Origin: Candidatus Melainabacteria bacterium 17Bon1m
Lineage (GTDB): Bacteria > Cyanobacteriota > Vampirovibrionia > Obscuribacterales > Obscuribacteraceae
Direction of reading: 5' to 3'
NCBI GenBank assembly: GCA_032128875.1
Contig: JAVLKG010000017.1
Span: forward strand, 14,890-78,889
Length of the DNA stretch: 64,000 bases
Shown: piece after piece, positions 10,302-19,163 of the stretch
How the letters are laid out: every line of letters starts with the position of its first letter
Position numbering within the stretch: the stretch's first letter is position 1
Program-made: the position numbers and the translations under genes
Notes under the pieces: generated by a model
What the model was told of the DNA's origin: nothing
Databases searched by the model: none
The model's input: only the letters and a program-made list of their open reading frames with translations

Positions 10302-10781
10302 CTAGTCGTCGTCCTGGTGGTCATGATGCGAACTTCCCGGCTTATGCAGGTGATCTTTCTTCGACATTTTTTTCCAATAAGGCGTGTCGTGAACTGCTAA
10401 AAGAGAAAAGGTAATGATCGTTGTGAGAACACCGAGCACGTACATTCCGTAAGCTATAGTCAAACCTATCGATGCTGTTGCCCAGATGGTTGCGGCCGTA
10501 GTTAGACCTATGGTGCGTCCACCTTGTCCACGCATAATTACTCCGGCGCAAATAAATCCTATGCCGCTGACAATCTGTGCAGAAATTCTTGAATCTCCAG
10601 CTGTGGCTCCCTGCGAATGCATCGATACTAAGCCGAATACACAGGATCCGACAGCTACGGCAGCATATGTTCTGATGCCGGCGTCGTGCTTGTGCAATTC
10701 TCTTTCGAAGCCAATGATGCCGCCAAGAATAGCTGCTAAAACGGCACGCACAGCCATAACAAGTTCAAGTTGCCAGTCCAT
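10302..10781 (-). CDS. MgtC/SapB-family membrane protein with His-rich tail
   Basis: IGFERE...AGIRT, RISAQIVSGIGFICAG and GLTTAATIW. Confidence 0.9.
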   Translation of the reverse strand: MDWQLELVMAVRAVLAAILGGIIGFERELHKHDAGIRTYAAVAVGSCVFGLVSMHSQGATAGDSRISAQIVSGIGFICAGVIMRGQGGRTIGLTTAATIWATASIGLTIAYGMYVLGVLTTIITFSLLAVHDTPYWKKMSKKDHLHKPGSSHHDHQDDD

Positions 10782-11070
10782 TTGATTGCTTCCTTTTCAG
10801 TCTGACTGTATTAGAATCGCATTGAAAATGAACACCGTTGTCGGCTTGCGTGTTCAATTGAAAACCGCATCATATCTCAGTTTCGTTTAATGTCAAAATT
10901 CACTGGAAATCAATCCGTGGTCGCATATTTGTCAAAAGTATTTGTCAGTTTTGTCTGATTGTTTGTACTTTCATGCAAGCAATTCCGGCTTATTTACTGA
11001 TTTGGCGGTATTGCCCTTGCACTTCACCCGGCTTGCTGCAAAACTGAAAATCGATGAGAAATACCGGCAT

Positions 11071-11712
11071 ATGAAAAAGCCTGACTACGATCGCTTGTAT
11101 CAGCTTGCGCTAATGCAGGAAGGGTTCTTCACTGCGAATCAGGCAGCGAACTGTGGTTATTCAAGGCAGCTGCAGGTCTATTACGTCCGAAAAGGTGAAT
11201 GGCTGAGAAACGTCAGGAGCATTTTTCGATTCAAATATTTCCCGGTTCTCTCTTGCCATAGAGAAGACTACATTGTCACCCAACTTTGGACGGAAGACAA
11301 AAACGGAGAGATGGCCGGAGTCTTTGCATTTACGACCGCCCTCTATCTTCACAATATTATTCAAACAGTGCCTGCTCATCTTGATGTAATTGTCCCTAGA
11401 AATTTTAGAAGAAACTCTCTGCCTCCATTTAGATGCCGGTTTTTCAGACGTCATTTAGACTCGGACAGAATTGAGATAATTCACGGTTTGCAAGTGACAA
11501 ATTTGCTCTGGACATTTGTTGATATTTTCGATGTTGAATTAATAGAAAGACGTATTCTTATTGATTTGTTTCGAGCTGCTTTTGAAAGTGGCAAGCTAAA
11601 TAATGCCCAGATGCAGGCGGCAAAGCTCTCACTTGTGCAAAGAGATCGTCTGATGAAGGCGTTGAGAGAAATTGGTTTTGTCGGCGGTCAAAGTATCGTC
11701 ATGGACGATTAA
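11071..11712 (+). CDS. AbiEi-family (type IV TA antitoxin-like) regulator, paralog of 4123-4749
   Basis: QEGFFTANQA..CGYSRQLQVYYV.KGEW.R..RSIF is near-identical to the paralog. Confidence 0.85.
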   Translation: MKKPDYDRLYQLALMQEGFFTANQAANCGYSRQLQVYYVRKGEWLRNVRSIFRFKYFPVLSCHREDYIVTQLWTEDKNGEMAGVFAFTTALYLHNIIQTVPAHLDVIVPRNFRRNSLPPFRCRFFRRHLDSDRIEIIHGLQVTNLLWTFVDIFDVELIERRILIDLFRAAFESGKLNNAQMQAAKLSLVQRDRLMKALREIGFVGGQSIVMDD

Positions 11713-11908
11713 ACTCCGCACAGTTGTTGCAATAATTTTGTCTTTTGTGCAGATTTAGACATCAAGCGCATTTTGAATCTGCATCAAAGTAAAAAATCTT
11801 TGAACGTTCCAGCGCTGCGTCGCACAGGGAGGCTGTCTTCATTGTGTCACGTGGTTGTCACAGTACTCTCGTTTTATTGAATCTCCCTTTATGCGTGAGG
11901 TTCGACTT

Positions 11909-12586
11909 GTGACGAGAGATGATTTTTACAGGGGACAAACGAACCCTGCGCGAGAAATGGCTCGAGAGCTAGATTTTGGCAATGGCAGAGAAGTTGCCAA
12001 TGTTCTGCAGGATATCTACCGAACAGATAGGTATGCATTCAGGCAACTTGCACAACAGATCAATCGTTCAGAGCGAAATGGTATGGGCGATGACCTGACC
12101 ATAACCGAAAATGGTCAGGTATATGTTGGTTATCCCGGACGCGAAAGACGCGTAGGACAAATTGACCAAGGACGCTACGGACAAGGTGGGTGGAACTATC
12201 CAAATGGCGGAATGCGTGACAATCATCCGCCTAATGGAGGACGAGGAAGAATTGATGTAGACATCAATTTCCCTCCGCTGCCTTACCCTCGAAATGGCGG
12301 CTGGGGCAATGATAATCACAATCTTCCAGGTCGAGACATTTATAGATCCTATCCACAGAATCGATATCCTGACTACGACAGATACTCTTCAGGTCATAGA
12401 GGCAACAACAATGCTGAAGTCATAGGCACTATCGTCGGCGGTGTCGCAGGCGGTGTTATAGGGGAACGCAATGCCAGGCATAACGGTGTAACAGGCGCGC
12501 TGATTGGCGCTCTGGGCGGCAATGTAATCGGTCGCCAGATTGACAGAAGCAATGAGCGACAGCGCGACTATCGCTTTCATAGATAG
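11909..12586 (+). CDS. Gly/Arg/Asn-rich protein with C-terminal glycine-zipper 2TM domain
   Basis: GTIVGGVAGGVIG...GALIGALGGNVIGRQID. GTG start chosen after GAGG; the ORF is open from 11855. Confidence 0.75.
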   Translation: MTRDDFYRGQTNPAREMARELDFGNGREVANVLQDIYRTDRYAFRQLAQQINRSERNGMGDDLTITENGQVYVGYPGRERRVGQIDQGRYGQGGWNYPNGGMRDNHPPNGGRGRIDVDINFPPLPYPRNGGWGNDNHNLPGRDIYRSYPQNRYPDYDRYSSGHRGNNNAEVIGTIVGGVAGGVIGERNARHNGVTGALIGALGGNVIGRQIDRSNERQRDYRFHR

Positions 12587-12603
12587 ACTTCATCCTGAGG
12601 GAA

Positions 12604-12637
12604 AAAGAAAGGCCGATTTACCAGATCGGCCTTTTCG
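12604..12637. terminator. Probable bidirectional intrinsic terminator
   Basis: AAAGGCCGAT-ttaccag-ATCGGCCTTT between convergent genes. Confidence 0.75.
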
Positions 12638-12658
12638 CATTTGTAGTAGAAAAGTGTT

Positions 12659-13372
12659 TCAACTCAGAGCTGATACGCTAGCCTCCGGCAATACGACGCC
12701 GGGTTGGGTGCTCTGTCTTGAAGCGAATGATGCATCGGTCGACTGCACTCGTTTATTGCTGTTGCTGTAGCTCAGAGCATCTGCCAGCGCCTTCTGGAAG
12801 CGCACATCACTAATAATGGAAGGGTTTGCTTGTGCCGCTTGCATGAGCGATACAATGCCCGTCAACTTATCTCCTGATGCGATCGCTACTAATCCATTCT
12901 GGATCATTTGCATCGCTTGATTGTTGATATCACCTGGTTGAGATTCCTTTTGTGTAGCGGTGGGCTCTTCTGCTTCCGCAGCTTGAGATGCATTTTCCGG
13001 CGAACTGACTTGCTCCGTCTGTGCAATGTCTCCTTGCCCTGCCTGGTTGAAATGAGCACTCTCTGAATGCGGGCTTGGAACATCTCCAACAATTGACTTC
13101 AAGTACGAAAAGAATTCTTGGCTTTGAACAATCTCCGGCTTTAGTTGCGCCGCTGTCATCAATTGAAGAATACCTGTCAATTCGTTCGGACCGCTTACAT
13201 CTTTCAATCCGTTTTGAAGCAATTCGGCAGCTTGCTGGCTTGCTTGCTCCTCTGCACCTTCTCTACTGGCTAGCAAAGTTGCAGCTTGCTGCGTGAATCC
13301 GGAACCTTCCGGGTTGTCATTCGAACCTGAATCCAGACGAGTGTCGAAATTTTGATTTGGGTTTTCTTGCAT
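12659..13372 (-). CDS. Hypothetical Gln/Ser-rich protein with a duplicated ~45-aa helical repeat
   Basis: QQAAELLQNGL...LTGILQLMTAAQLKPEI versus NQAMQMIQNGL...LTGIVSLMQAAQANPSI. Confidence 0.7.
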   Translation of the reverse strand: MQENPNQNFDTRLDSGSNDNPEGSGFTQQAATLLASREGAEEQASQQAAELLQNGLKDVSGPNELTGILQLMTAAQLKPEIVQSQEFFSYLKSIVGDVPSPHSESAHFNQAGQGDIAQTEQVSSPENASQAAEAEEPTATQKESQPGDINNQAMQMIQNGLVAIASGDKLTGIVSLMQAAQANPSIISDVRFQKALADALSYSNSNKRVQSTDASFASRQSTQPGVVLPEASVSALS

Positions 13373-14027
13373 GAATATTTCCTTTTGGTTTTAGAATTCT
13401 GATGTTTTAGAGCGCGTGCTTAAGGCGTAGTGCACGCAGTTGAGCCATGCTCCCGCAAGGCGTATTTGATTAGCTGATTGATTTGGTAAGTTCTGACATC
13501 AAAATATTTGCAACTGGGTTGGAAGTAAATGGGAAGTCACGAAATTTCACTTACTATCTTTCATTCCTATGACAATCGCTTGACACCATTTGTGGTGCCT
13601 ATGTATTGAACAAATGTGTAAGTTGTTGATGCCCATTTCCATTGCCCCTGCTAGCTTTGAGAGTGAATCTATTTCACTTTTCGTGAAAGTGTGGTGAAAG
13701 TGGCCATGCACAAATGTTCAAATAGTTTTTGCATTCAATGCAGATAAGTCTTTCCGTAAGCTCTAGCCCGGCTATTTTTTTTTGCAAGGCTGTGTTGATT
13801 TTGAAAACGATTGTCAGTGCCGTAACAATTGGCTCAGGCAGTCAACTGTAACTACCTATTTAAAGGATGAAAGTCCATTTTTTTCTTCGATTCAGAAGAT
13901 TATTTGCACGAAAGTAAAAATCGATCTGGCATCAAATTTGCGAGTGCGTTGTGCTAACTGCCTGTTTGTCAATGTTTCGGACCTATTGTCTTAAGTTGTT
14001 CTTGCAGAAAAGTATGACGTGAGTTGG

Positions 14028-14098
14028 TTGACAATCGCTGAAGCTCAGTTATGATGCTGTTCTTGGTAGGTTCGCACAAAAAACGATATTCATTTTCA
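14028..14098 (+). promoter_or_regulatory. Sigma70-type promoter with Fur/Zur-like box (homolog of 6066-6136)
   Basis: TTGACA (14028-14033), 16-nt spacer, TATGAT (14050-14055); CGATATTCATTTTCA at 14084-14098. Confidence 0.7.
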
Positions 14099-14219
14099 AT
14101 AATAGATTTTGTAAGGGGAAACAAGTTGCGCTGAGAAGCTGACCTTCTTTTCTCTATCTAGAGAATAAGGAAGAGCTTCTCGGCAGCAGCTCATTCTCCT
14201 TCTGTCAACGAGGTTTCCT

Positions 14220-14759
14220 ATGCACGAATGCTCAAACGAATATCTGACATCAATTCAAGATGCAATTACATATCTGCTCTATGAACTTCACAAGTTCGGA
14301 CCGATACGCTTACTAAAAAATGATGATCATTTGGAGCTAGCAAACCGCAACCGTGTGCTTTGCTGCGAGATAGAAACGCTCATTGAAGCATTGAAGGTAA
14401 TGAAGAAAAACTTGCTTGTTCACGAAGTCAAAGTAAAGGAAAGAAGACTTACATACTTTTTGACAAACAAAGGTGTTCTCATGGCTTACTTGGTTCGTCT
14501 TCAGTCAAATGCAGAAAAACAGTGCAATTGTATGGAATGCCAGGACAGTCTCGACAATGTTATGTCTATCATAGAAAAGAGCGGCTCTGTGGCACTGGTT
14601 TTTGATGAGAGTTGCGAGTTTCCCCATCTGGAAACCGGCAGCCTGCATATCTGTCTTGAAGATGAAAATGTCGGCAAAGGACTTATTCAACTTCAGCGCA
14701 ACGGTTCGATTAGACTCGATGAAAACTTGATTTATAGTCTGTCCAGAAAAACCTCTTGA
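14220..14759 (+). CDS. Cys/His-rich tandem winged-helix-like protein (paralog 2)
   Basis: LLYELHKFGPIRL, LCC, YFLTNKG, CNCMEC and CEFPHL...HICLED align with 6661-7263. Confidence 0.75.
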   Translation: MHECSNEYLTSIQDAITYLLYELHKFGPIRLLKNDDHLELANRNRVLCCEIETLIEALKVMKKNLLVHEVKVKERRLTYFLTNKGVLMAYLVRLQSNAEKQCNCMECQDSLDNVMSIIEKSGSVALVFDESCEFPHLETGSLHICLEDENVGKGLIQLQRNGSIRLDENLIYSLSRKTS

Positions 14760-14845
14760 TGAATGCTTTGGTGGCGAGCATGCGATGATTCAAAGTCTAG
14801 AGCGGTGGTCAATAGCCATTGGTTAACGGTATTCAGGAAGGACAG

Positions 14846-15733
14846 ATGGCAGGCGAAATTATTGGTACAAGCGACGCGCCTCGCTGGTTGCAACGCTTAG
14901 GTCACTTCATTGACCATTTCAATCCAGGTAGATTTTTGCTCTGGAAGATCAATTTTGCAGTCGTGACATACACTGCGATTGTTTGTTTGATTGATAATCA
15001 CGATATCAAAGGCACAAAGTTCGTTGAACTGAATGGAGCGATGCTTCTTAGTGCAGTAATTGGGCTTCTTCTCATTTTTCGAAATTCCAGCGCGTATGAG
15101 CGCTGGTGGGAAGCTAGAAAGCTTTGGGGACAGTTGGTAAATGAGAGCCGCAATCTAGCCATTAAAACACGCTGCTATGCTGATTCTTTGAATGATTCGC
15201 AACGTCTGGAATTTGCTAAACTGATTTCCGGCTTCGCTTTTGCGCTTAAGGAACACCTGCGCTGCCAGCGAGATCCTGGTTTATTGTCTGCACTTTCCAT
15301 CCCTGATAATGAGCAACATATTCCCTCGGCGATAGCCCAAGAGGTCTACAAGAAGCTCAAAACATGGAGAAAAGACGGAGTAATCGATCAGTGGGAGCAG
15401 CTACAGCTTGACCTGCATGCAAAAACTCTCATGGATATTTGTGGCTCTACAGAGCGAATACTGAAGTCGCCTATTGCCGGGTCGTACAAGCTTCTTCTCT
15501 GGCTCGGGCTGCTTTTGAATGTTGCATGTTTGCCATGGTTTTTGGTTCCATCTTTTCACTTCTGGAGCATTCCGATGATGCTTATTTCCTCGTACTTTAT
15601 TTTCGGTATTGAATTGCTTGCTGAAGAAGTGGAAAGGCCCTTTGATCCGCTACCAAATGACCTGCCTCTTGAGGCGATTTGCGCAACCATCAAGCAATCG
15701 GTAGAAGAGTCTCTTGAAGTCGTAATTTCGTAG
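14846..15733 (+). CDS. Bestrophin-family (YneE/UPF0187) anion channel
   Basis: FRNSSAYERWWEARKLWG, ERILKSPI and EEVERPF...NDLPL. Confidence 0.92.
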   Translation: MAGEIIGTSDAPRWLQRLGHFIDHFNPGRFLLWKINFAVVTYTAIVCLIDNHDIKGTKFVELNGAMLLSAVIGLLLIFRNSSAYERWWEARKLWGQLVNESRNLAIKTRCYADSLNDSQRLEFAKLISGFAFALKEHLRCQRDPGLLSALSIPDNEQHIPSAIAQEVYKKLKTWRKDGVIDQWEQLQLDLHAKTLMDICGSTERILKSPIAGSYKLLLWLGLLLNVACLPWFLVPSFHFWSIPMMLISSYFIFGIELLAEEVERPFDPLPNDLPLEAICATIKQSVEESLEVVIS

Positions 15734-15970
15734 TTTTGCTTTTGTGAACACGAATGTCAAAAAAGATTGGCGAATTTTTGATTGCGTTGTTTGCACGAAT
15801 GTAAAAATTCCAAGAATAGTGGAGATTTTTGATTGTAGTTTCTTAGCTCTAAATCACAACGAAAACGCGCTTTTGCTGCGCAAATAAGAGACAATGAAAG
15901 GGTGATGAAATGAAAGAAAATGCGACTCATAGCCGTCATTCGGTCGGCTCGCAATCAGAGGAAATTTTAA

Positions 15971-16855
15971 GTGGCCCACGCACACGATCACGGTCAAGAG
16001 CGATCGTCTAAAAACAAAAAGTCCTTAAGCATCGTTTTTGCTTTTACACTCACTTATTTAATTGCTGAAGTCATCGGTGGCATCATGACAGGAAGCTTGG
16101 CTCTGCTTGCCGATGCAGGACATATGCTTACCGATGTCGCTGGTTTAGGGTTGGCGATTTTTGCAATATGGTTTGCTGAAAAGCCTGCCAATGCGTCAAA
16201 AACTTATGGTTATTACCGTGTTGAAATTCTGGCTGCTGTTGCCAATTGCATCATCTTGCTTGGAATTTCCGGCTATGTTCTTTATGAGGCATACCAGAGA
16301 TTTCTGCATCCGCCTCAGGTTCAGACTACCGGCATGCTCATAGTGGCTGGCATCGGCCTCGTCGTAAATATTGCAGGCATGTTTATGTTGAAAGCCGGTT
16401 CAAAAGAGAGCCTCAACATGAAGGGCGCTTATTTTGAAGTCTTGTCGGACATGATCACATCAATCGGTGTAATCATTGCTGCTTTGATAATGATGACTAC
16501 AGGTTGGTACTACGCCGATCCCATTATTTCTGCCGGAATCGGTCTCTTTATTTTGCCTCGCACCTGGAATTTACTTCTGGAAGCAGTCGGAATTTTGCTC
16601 GAAGGAACGCCTTCTGATATCAACCTGGCAATCCTTCGAGAAGCTGTGAACGCAGTACCCGGCGTCAGAAGCGTGCACGACCTACACGTCTGGAGCCTCA
16701 CTACCGGCATAAATGCGGCAAGCATGCATGTGGTCCTGGGCGAGTCTACTTATGACGAAGTGCTTTCTCGTGTTCAGGCTGTCTTAAAAGAACACAAGAT
16801 TGGCCACTCTACTGTGCAAATTGAGCCTGTAGAGTGCAACGACACGCACATTTAG
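15971..16855 (+). CDS. czcD: Cation diffusion facilitator
   Basis: HAHDH N-terminus, SLALLADAGHMLTD and VHDLHVW. Confidence 0.95.
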   Translation: MAHAHDHGQERSSKNKKSLSIVFAFTLTYLIAEVIGGIMTGSLALLADAGHMLTDVAGLGLAIFAIWFAEKPANASKTYGYYRVEILAAVANCIILLGISGYVLYEAYQRFLHPPQVQTTGMLIVAGIGLVVNIAGMFMLKAGSKESLNMKGAYFEVLSDMITSIGVIIAALIMMTTGWYYADPIISAGIGLFILPRTWNLLLEAVGILLEGTPSDINLAILREAVNAVPGVRSVHDLHVWSLTTGINAASMHVVLGESTYDEVLSRVQAVLKEHKIGHSTVQIEPVECNDTHI

Positions 16856-16881
16856 GACAGATACAAGTGCCTTAATCTCTA

Positions 16882-16910
16882 TTGAAAATGGAAACGGTTT
16901 TCAGTATGAT
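16882..16910 (+). promoter_or_regulatory. Promoter with overlapping Fur/Zur-like box
   Basis: TTGAAA (16882-16887), 17-nt spacer, TATGAT (16905-16910). The spacer contains TGGAAACGGTTTTCA (16889-16903). Confidence 0.65.
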
Positions 16911-16916
16911 GGTTGT

Positions 16917-17339
16917 ATGTTTACAACCTCCAGCAATTGCCTATCTCCTTCGTGCAGCCACAAGCCTGCCGGTATTTGGGATGTTTTTGGGATGTTTGCC
17001 GGCCTGATTTGCCTTGTTCACTGCCTGGTTTTGCCATTTGCTATTGCTGCCTTGCCTGCACTCGGGCTTTTGAATTTGGAAAACGATTACACCCACATTT
17101 TGCTTTTCGCATGGGTGGCTCTGTTTTCAATCTCTATTTTTCTTGGCTACAAGAAGCATAGACAAACTAGTGTACTGAGCCTGATGTTTCTTGGACTGTG
17201 CTTTGTTATGACGGCCACTTTCCATCATGCCTTTGGTGTCAGTGAGTCACTGGAAGTGCCCGTAATTTCTATGGGAAATTTGCTCTTGGTGCTCGCTCAC
17301 TTTATGAACAGGCGCATATCAAGGCAAATTCAGGCTTAA
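16917..17339 (+). CDS. MerC-domain membrane protein
   Basis: D..G...ICLVHCLVLP, GYKKHR and LAHFMN with four TM segments. Confidence 0.85.
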   Translation: MFTTSSNCLSPSCSHKPAGIWDVFGMFAGLICLVHCLVLPFAIAALPALGLLNLENDYTHILLFAWVALFSISIFLGYKKHRQTSVLSLMFLGLCFVMTATFHHAFGVSESLEVPVISMGNLLLVLAHFMNRRISRQIQA

Positions 17340-18686
17340 TTAAAGCGGGTGTCCAATCGCTTGCTCCAAATCTGTAAGTGATTGCTGATATGTTCTGACT
17401 GCGTCCAGGTAATTCACCCGTGTTTGCACGTTGGCTTGCTGAGCTGCGATTGTGGATGTGATGTCGTTTTGTCCGAATTCATAGCCACGCTTTGCCATGT
17501 TTGCCACTCTCTCTGATGTGGGAAGAATTTTTTCTTGAAAAAGCTGCAATCTCTCTCTTGCTGCTGACAGCTGCTGATAAGCGGCGATAACCTCTTCTGA
17601 AATTACGTTTTTCATCGATGCCGCTTCTCGCTTGAACTGAATATATGTTGCTTTAAGCCTGGCAATATCCCCTTGTTGAAAGTTGAACACTGGTACCTCT
17701 TGCGTCACACCAACAAACATACCTTTTGTTGGTGGACCTTCAGGTGGATTGCCTGAGTACGAACTGCCGATATTGAGCTGCGTGTTGGGAATGATATTTC
17801 CTACTGTATTGCGCATGCTTGCGGTGTTTACGACCATGCGTTGCTCAACGGCTTTCAAATCAATTCTGTTTTTTAAACCGTCTGCTACCAGTGAATCTAG
17901 ACTCGGTAACTCTTTTGAAAAGTCAGGCAGCATCTCATCATTTGCTGCTCTCAGTTGAAACGTAGGCAAATGATTAACATCAACTGGTTTTCTGTAGTCT
18001 TTGCCCATAATTACGGTAAGTCGCTGACGGCTTTGCTCTAGTCTCTTTAGACTTTGCCGGTAATCCGCTTCTGCTTGCATGCCGGCAAGGCTTGCTCTTT
18101 CAACATCGTATGCTGCCACATCATCCGCCTCAAAGCGTTTTCTTGCGGTTTTTTCCAGCTCTTTTGAAAGAGTCATGAGAGTGTCTAGCGTTTCTACAGT
18201 TTCTTTAGCCATTACTACATCGAGATAGGCTCTCCTTACTGTTGCACGCAATTGCCAGAGATTGTTTTGAATCTCAAGGTCTGCAAGTCTTACTTGCTGT
18301 TTTGCAAGAAGCAGTCGGAAAGCTATTTTCCACGGTCCTTCGATAGGCACAGATGCACCGATTTGTCTTGCTCTTTGAGCGGTGTCTTCAAGAAAGAAAA
18401 ATGACGGATTTGGAAGCGTTAAAGCCTGTGCAAAAGCTGCTTTTGAAATGCCAAGCTGTGCTCTCAAATGGGCAGCTCTGGGGCTATTTAAAAGAGATTC
18501 GTCAAATGCGCCAGTCAATGTAGTCAGGTCTTGAACAGATGATGGGCTATCCGCTTTTGGAATATTTAAAATGCTGGGTGTTGCCGATGCGGTGTGAGCG
18601 CTCGGGCACGAAACGACATAGGCAGCCAGGCTCACCGCCATAAGTCTTTTGACTCTGCATGTTAGATACATTGTTTTGCCTTCCAT
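17340..18686 (-). CDS. czcC: TolC-family outer-membrane factor of RND system 1
   Basis: PNP motif, VPVFNFQQG and coiled-coil OEP repeats; same operon as the RND pump. Confidence 0.88.
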   Translation of the reverse strand: MEGKTMYLTCRVKRLMAVSLAAYVVSCPSAHTASATPSILNIPKADSPSSVQDLTTLTGAFDESLLNSPRAAHLRAQLGISKAAFAQALTLPNPSFFFLEDTAQRARQIGASVPIEGPWKIAFRLLLAKQQVRLADLEIQNNLWQLRATVRRAYLDVVMAKETVETLDTLMTLSKELEKTARKRFEADDVAAYDVERASLAGMQAEADYRQSLKRLEQSRQRLTVIMGKDYRKPVDVNHLPTFQLRAANDEMLPDFSKELPSLDSLVADGLKNRIDLKAVEQRMVVNTASMRNTVGNIIPNTQLNIGSSYSGNPPEGPPTKGMFVGVTQEVPVFNFQQGDIARLKATYIQFKREAASMKNVISEEVIAAYQQLSAARERLQLFQEKILPTSERVANMAKRGYEFGQNDITSTIAAQQANVQTRVNYLDAVRTYQQSLTDLEQAIGHPL

Positions 18687-19160
18687 CTACTCTTTTGCAC
18701 CTGCATGTTCTGTATCGTTTTCAACATGTGGAACAGGATCTCCGCAGTGAAAAGAAAAAATAGGTCGCAATACCGTTTTATCCTTTAGCCGAATATCTGT
18801 TTCTACAACGTAGTCTTCGTCATGTTTGAGATTCAAGGACGCAAAGTATGTTCGTATGTTGGGATCTTGCTTGAATTCGACTTCCGCACTATCTCCATCG
18901 CGGGCAACGAGTCGTGCTCTGATGTGGGCATCGTCTTCAATCTTGTCGCCTTTTCTTATATCGAGATGAATGAATGACTTTCCTTTTGTCGCAAAGCGAG
19001 GGTACATAGTCATGACATATGGCTTGTGCACGACTTGTAAATCGACGTTGCGAAACCTCTCATCTGATTTCTTCACCTGCGTGCAGCCATAAAAGAAGAC
19101 AGCAAAGAGCGTAATCCACAATAATGGAAGTCTTAATTTAGCTATGCGATTCAATCCCAC
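18687..19160 (-). CDS. Putative lipoprotein inside the RND operon
   Basis: Lipobox-like FYGC; all-beta character; C-terminal HC..H..H. Confidence 0.7.
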   Translation of the reverse strand: MGLNRIAKLRLPLLWITLFAVFFYGCTQVKKSDERFRNVDLQVVHKPYVMTMYPRFATKGKSFIHLDIRKGDKIEDDAHIRARLVARDGDSAEVEFKQDPNIRTYFASLNLKHDEDYVVETDIRLKDKTVLRPIFSFHCGDPVPHVENDTEHAGAKE

Positions 19161-19163
19161 ACC

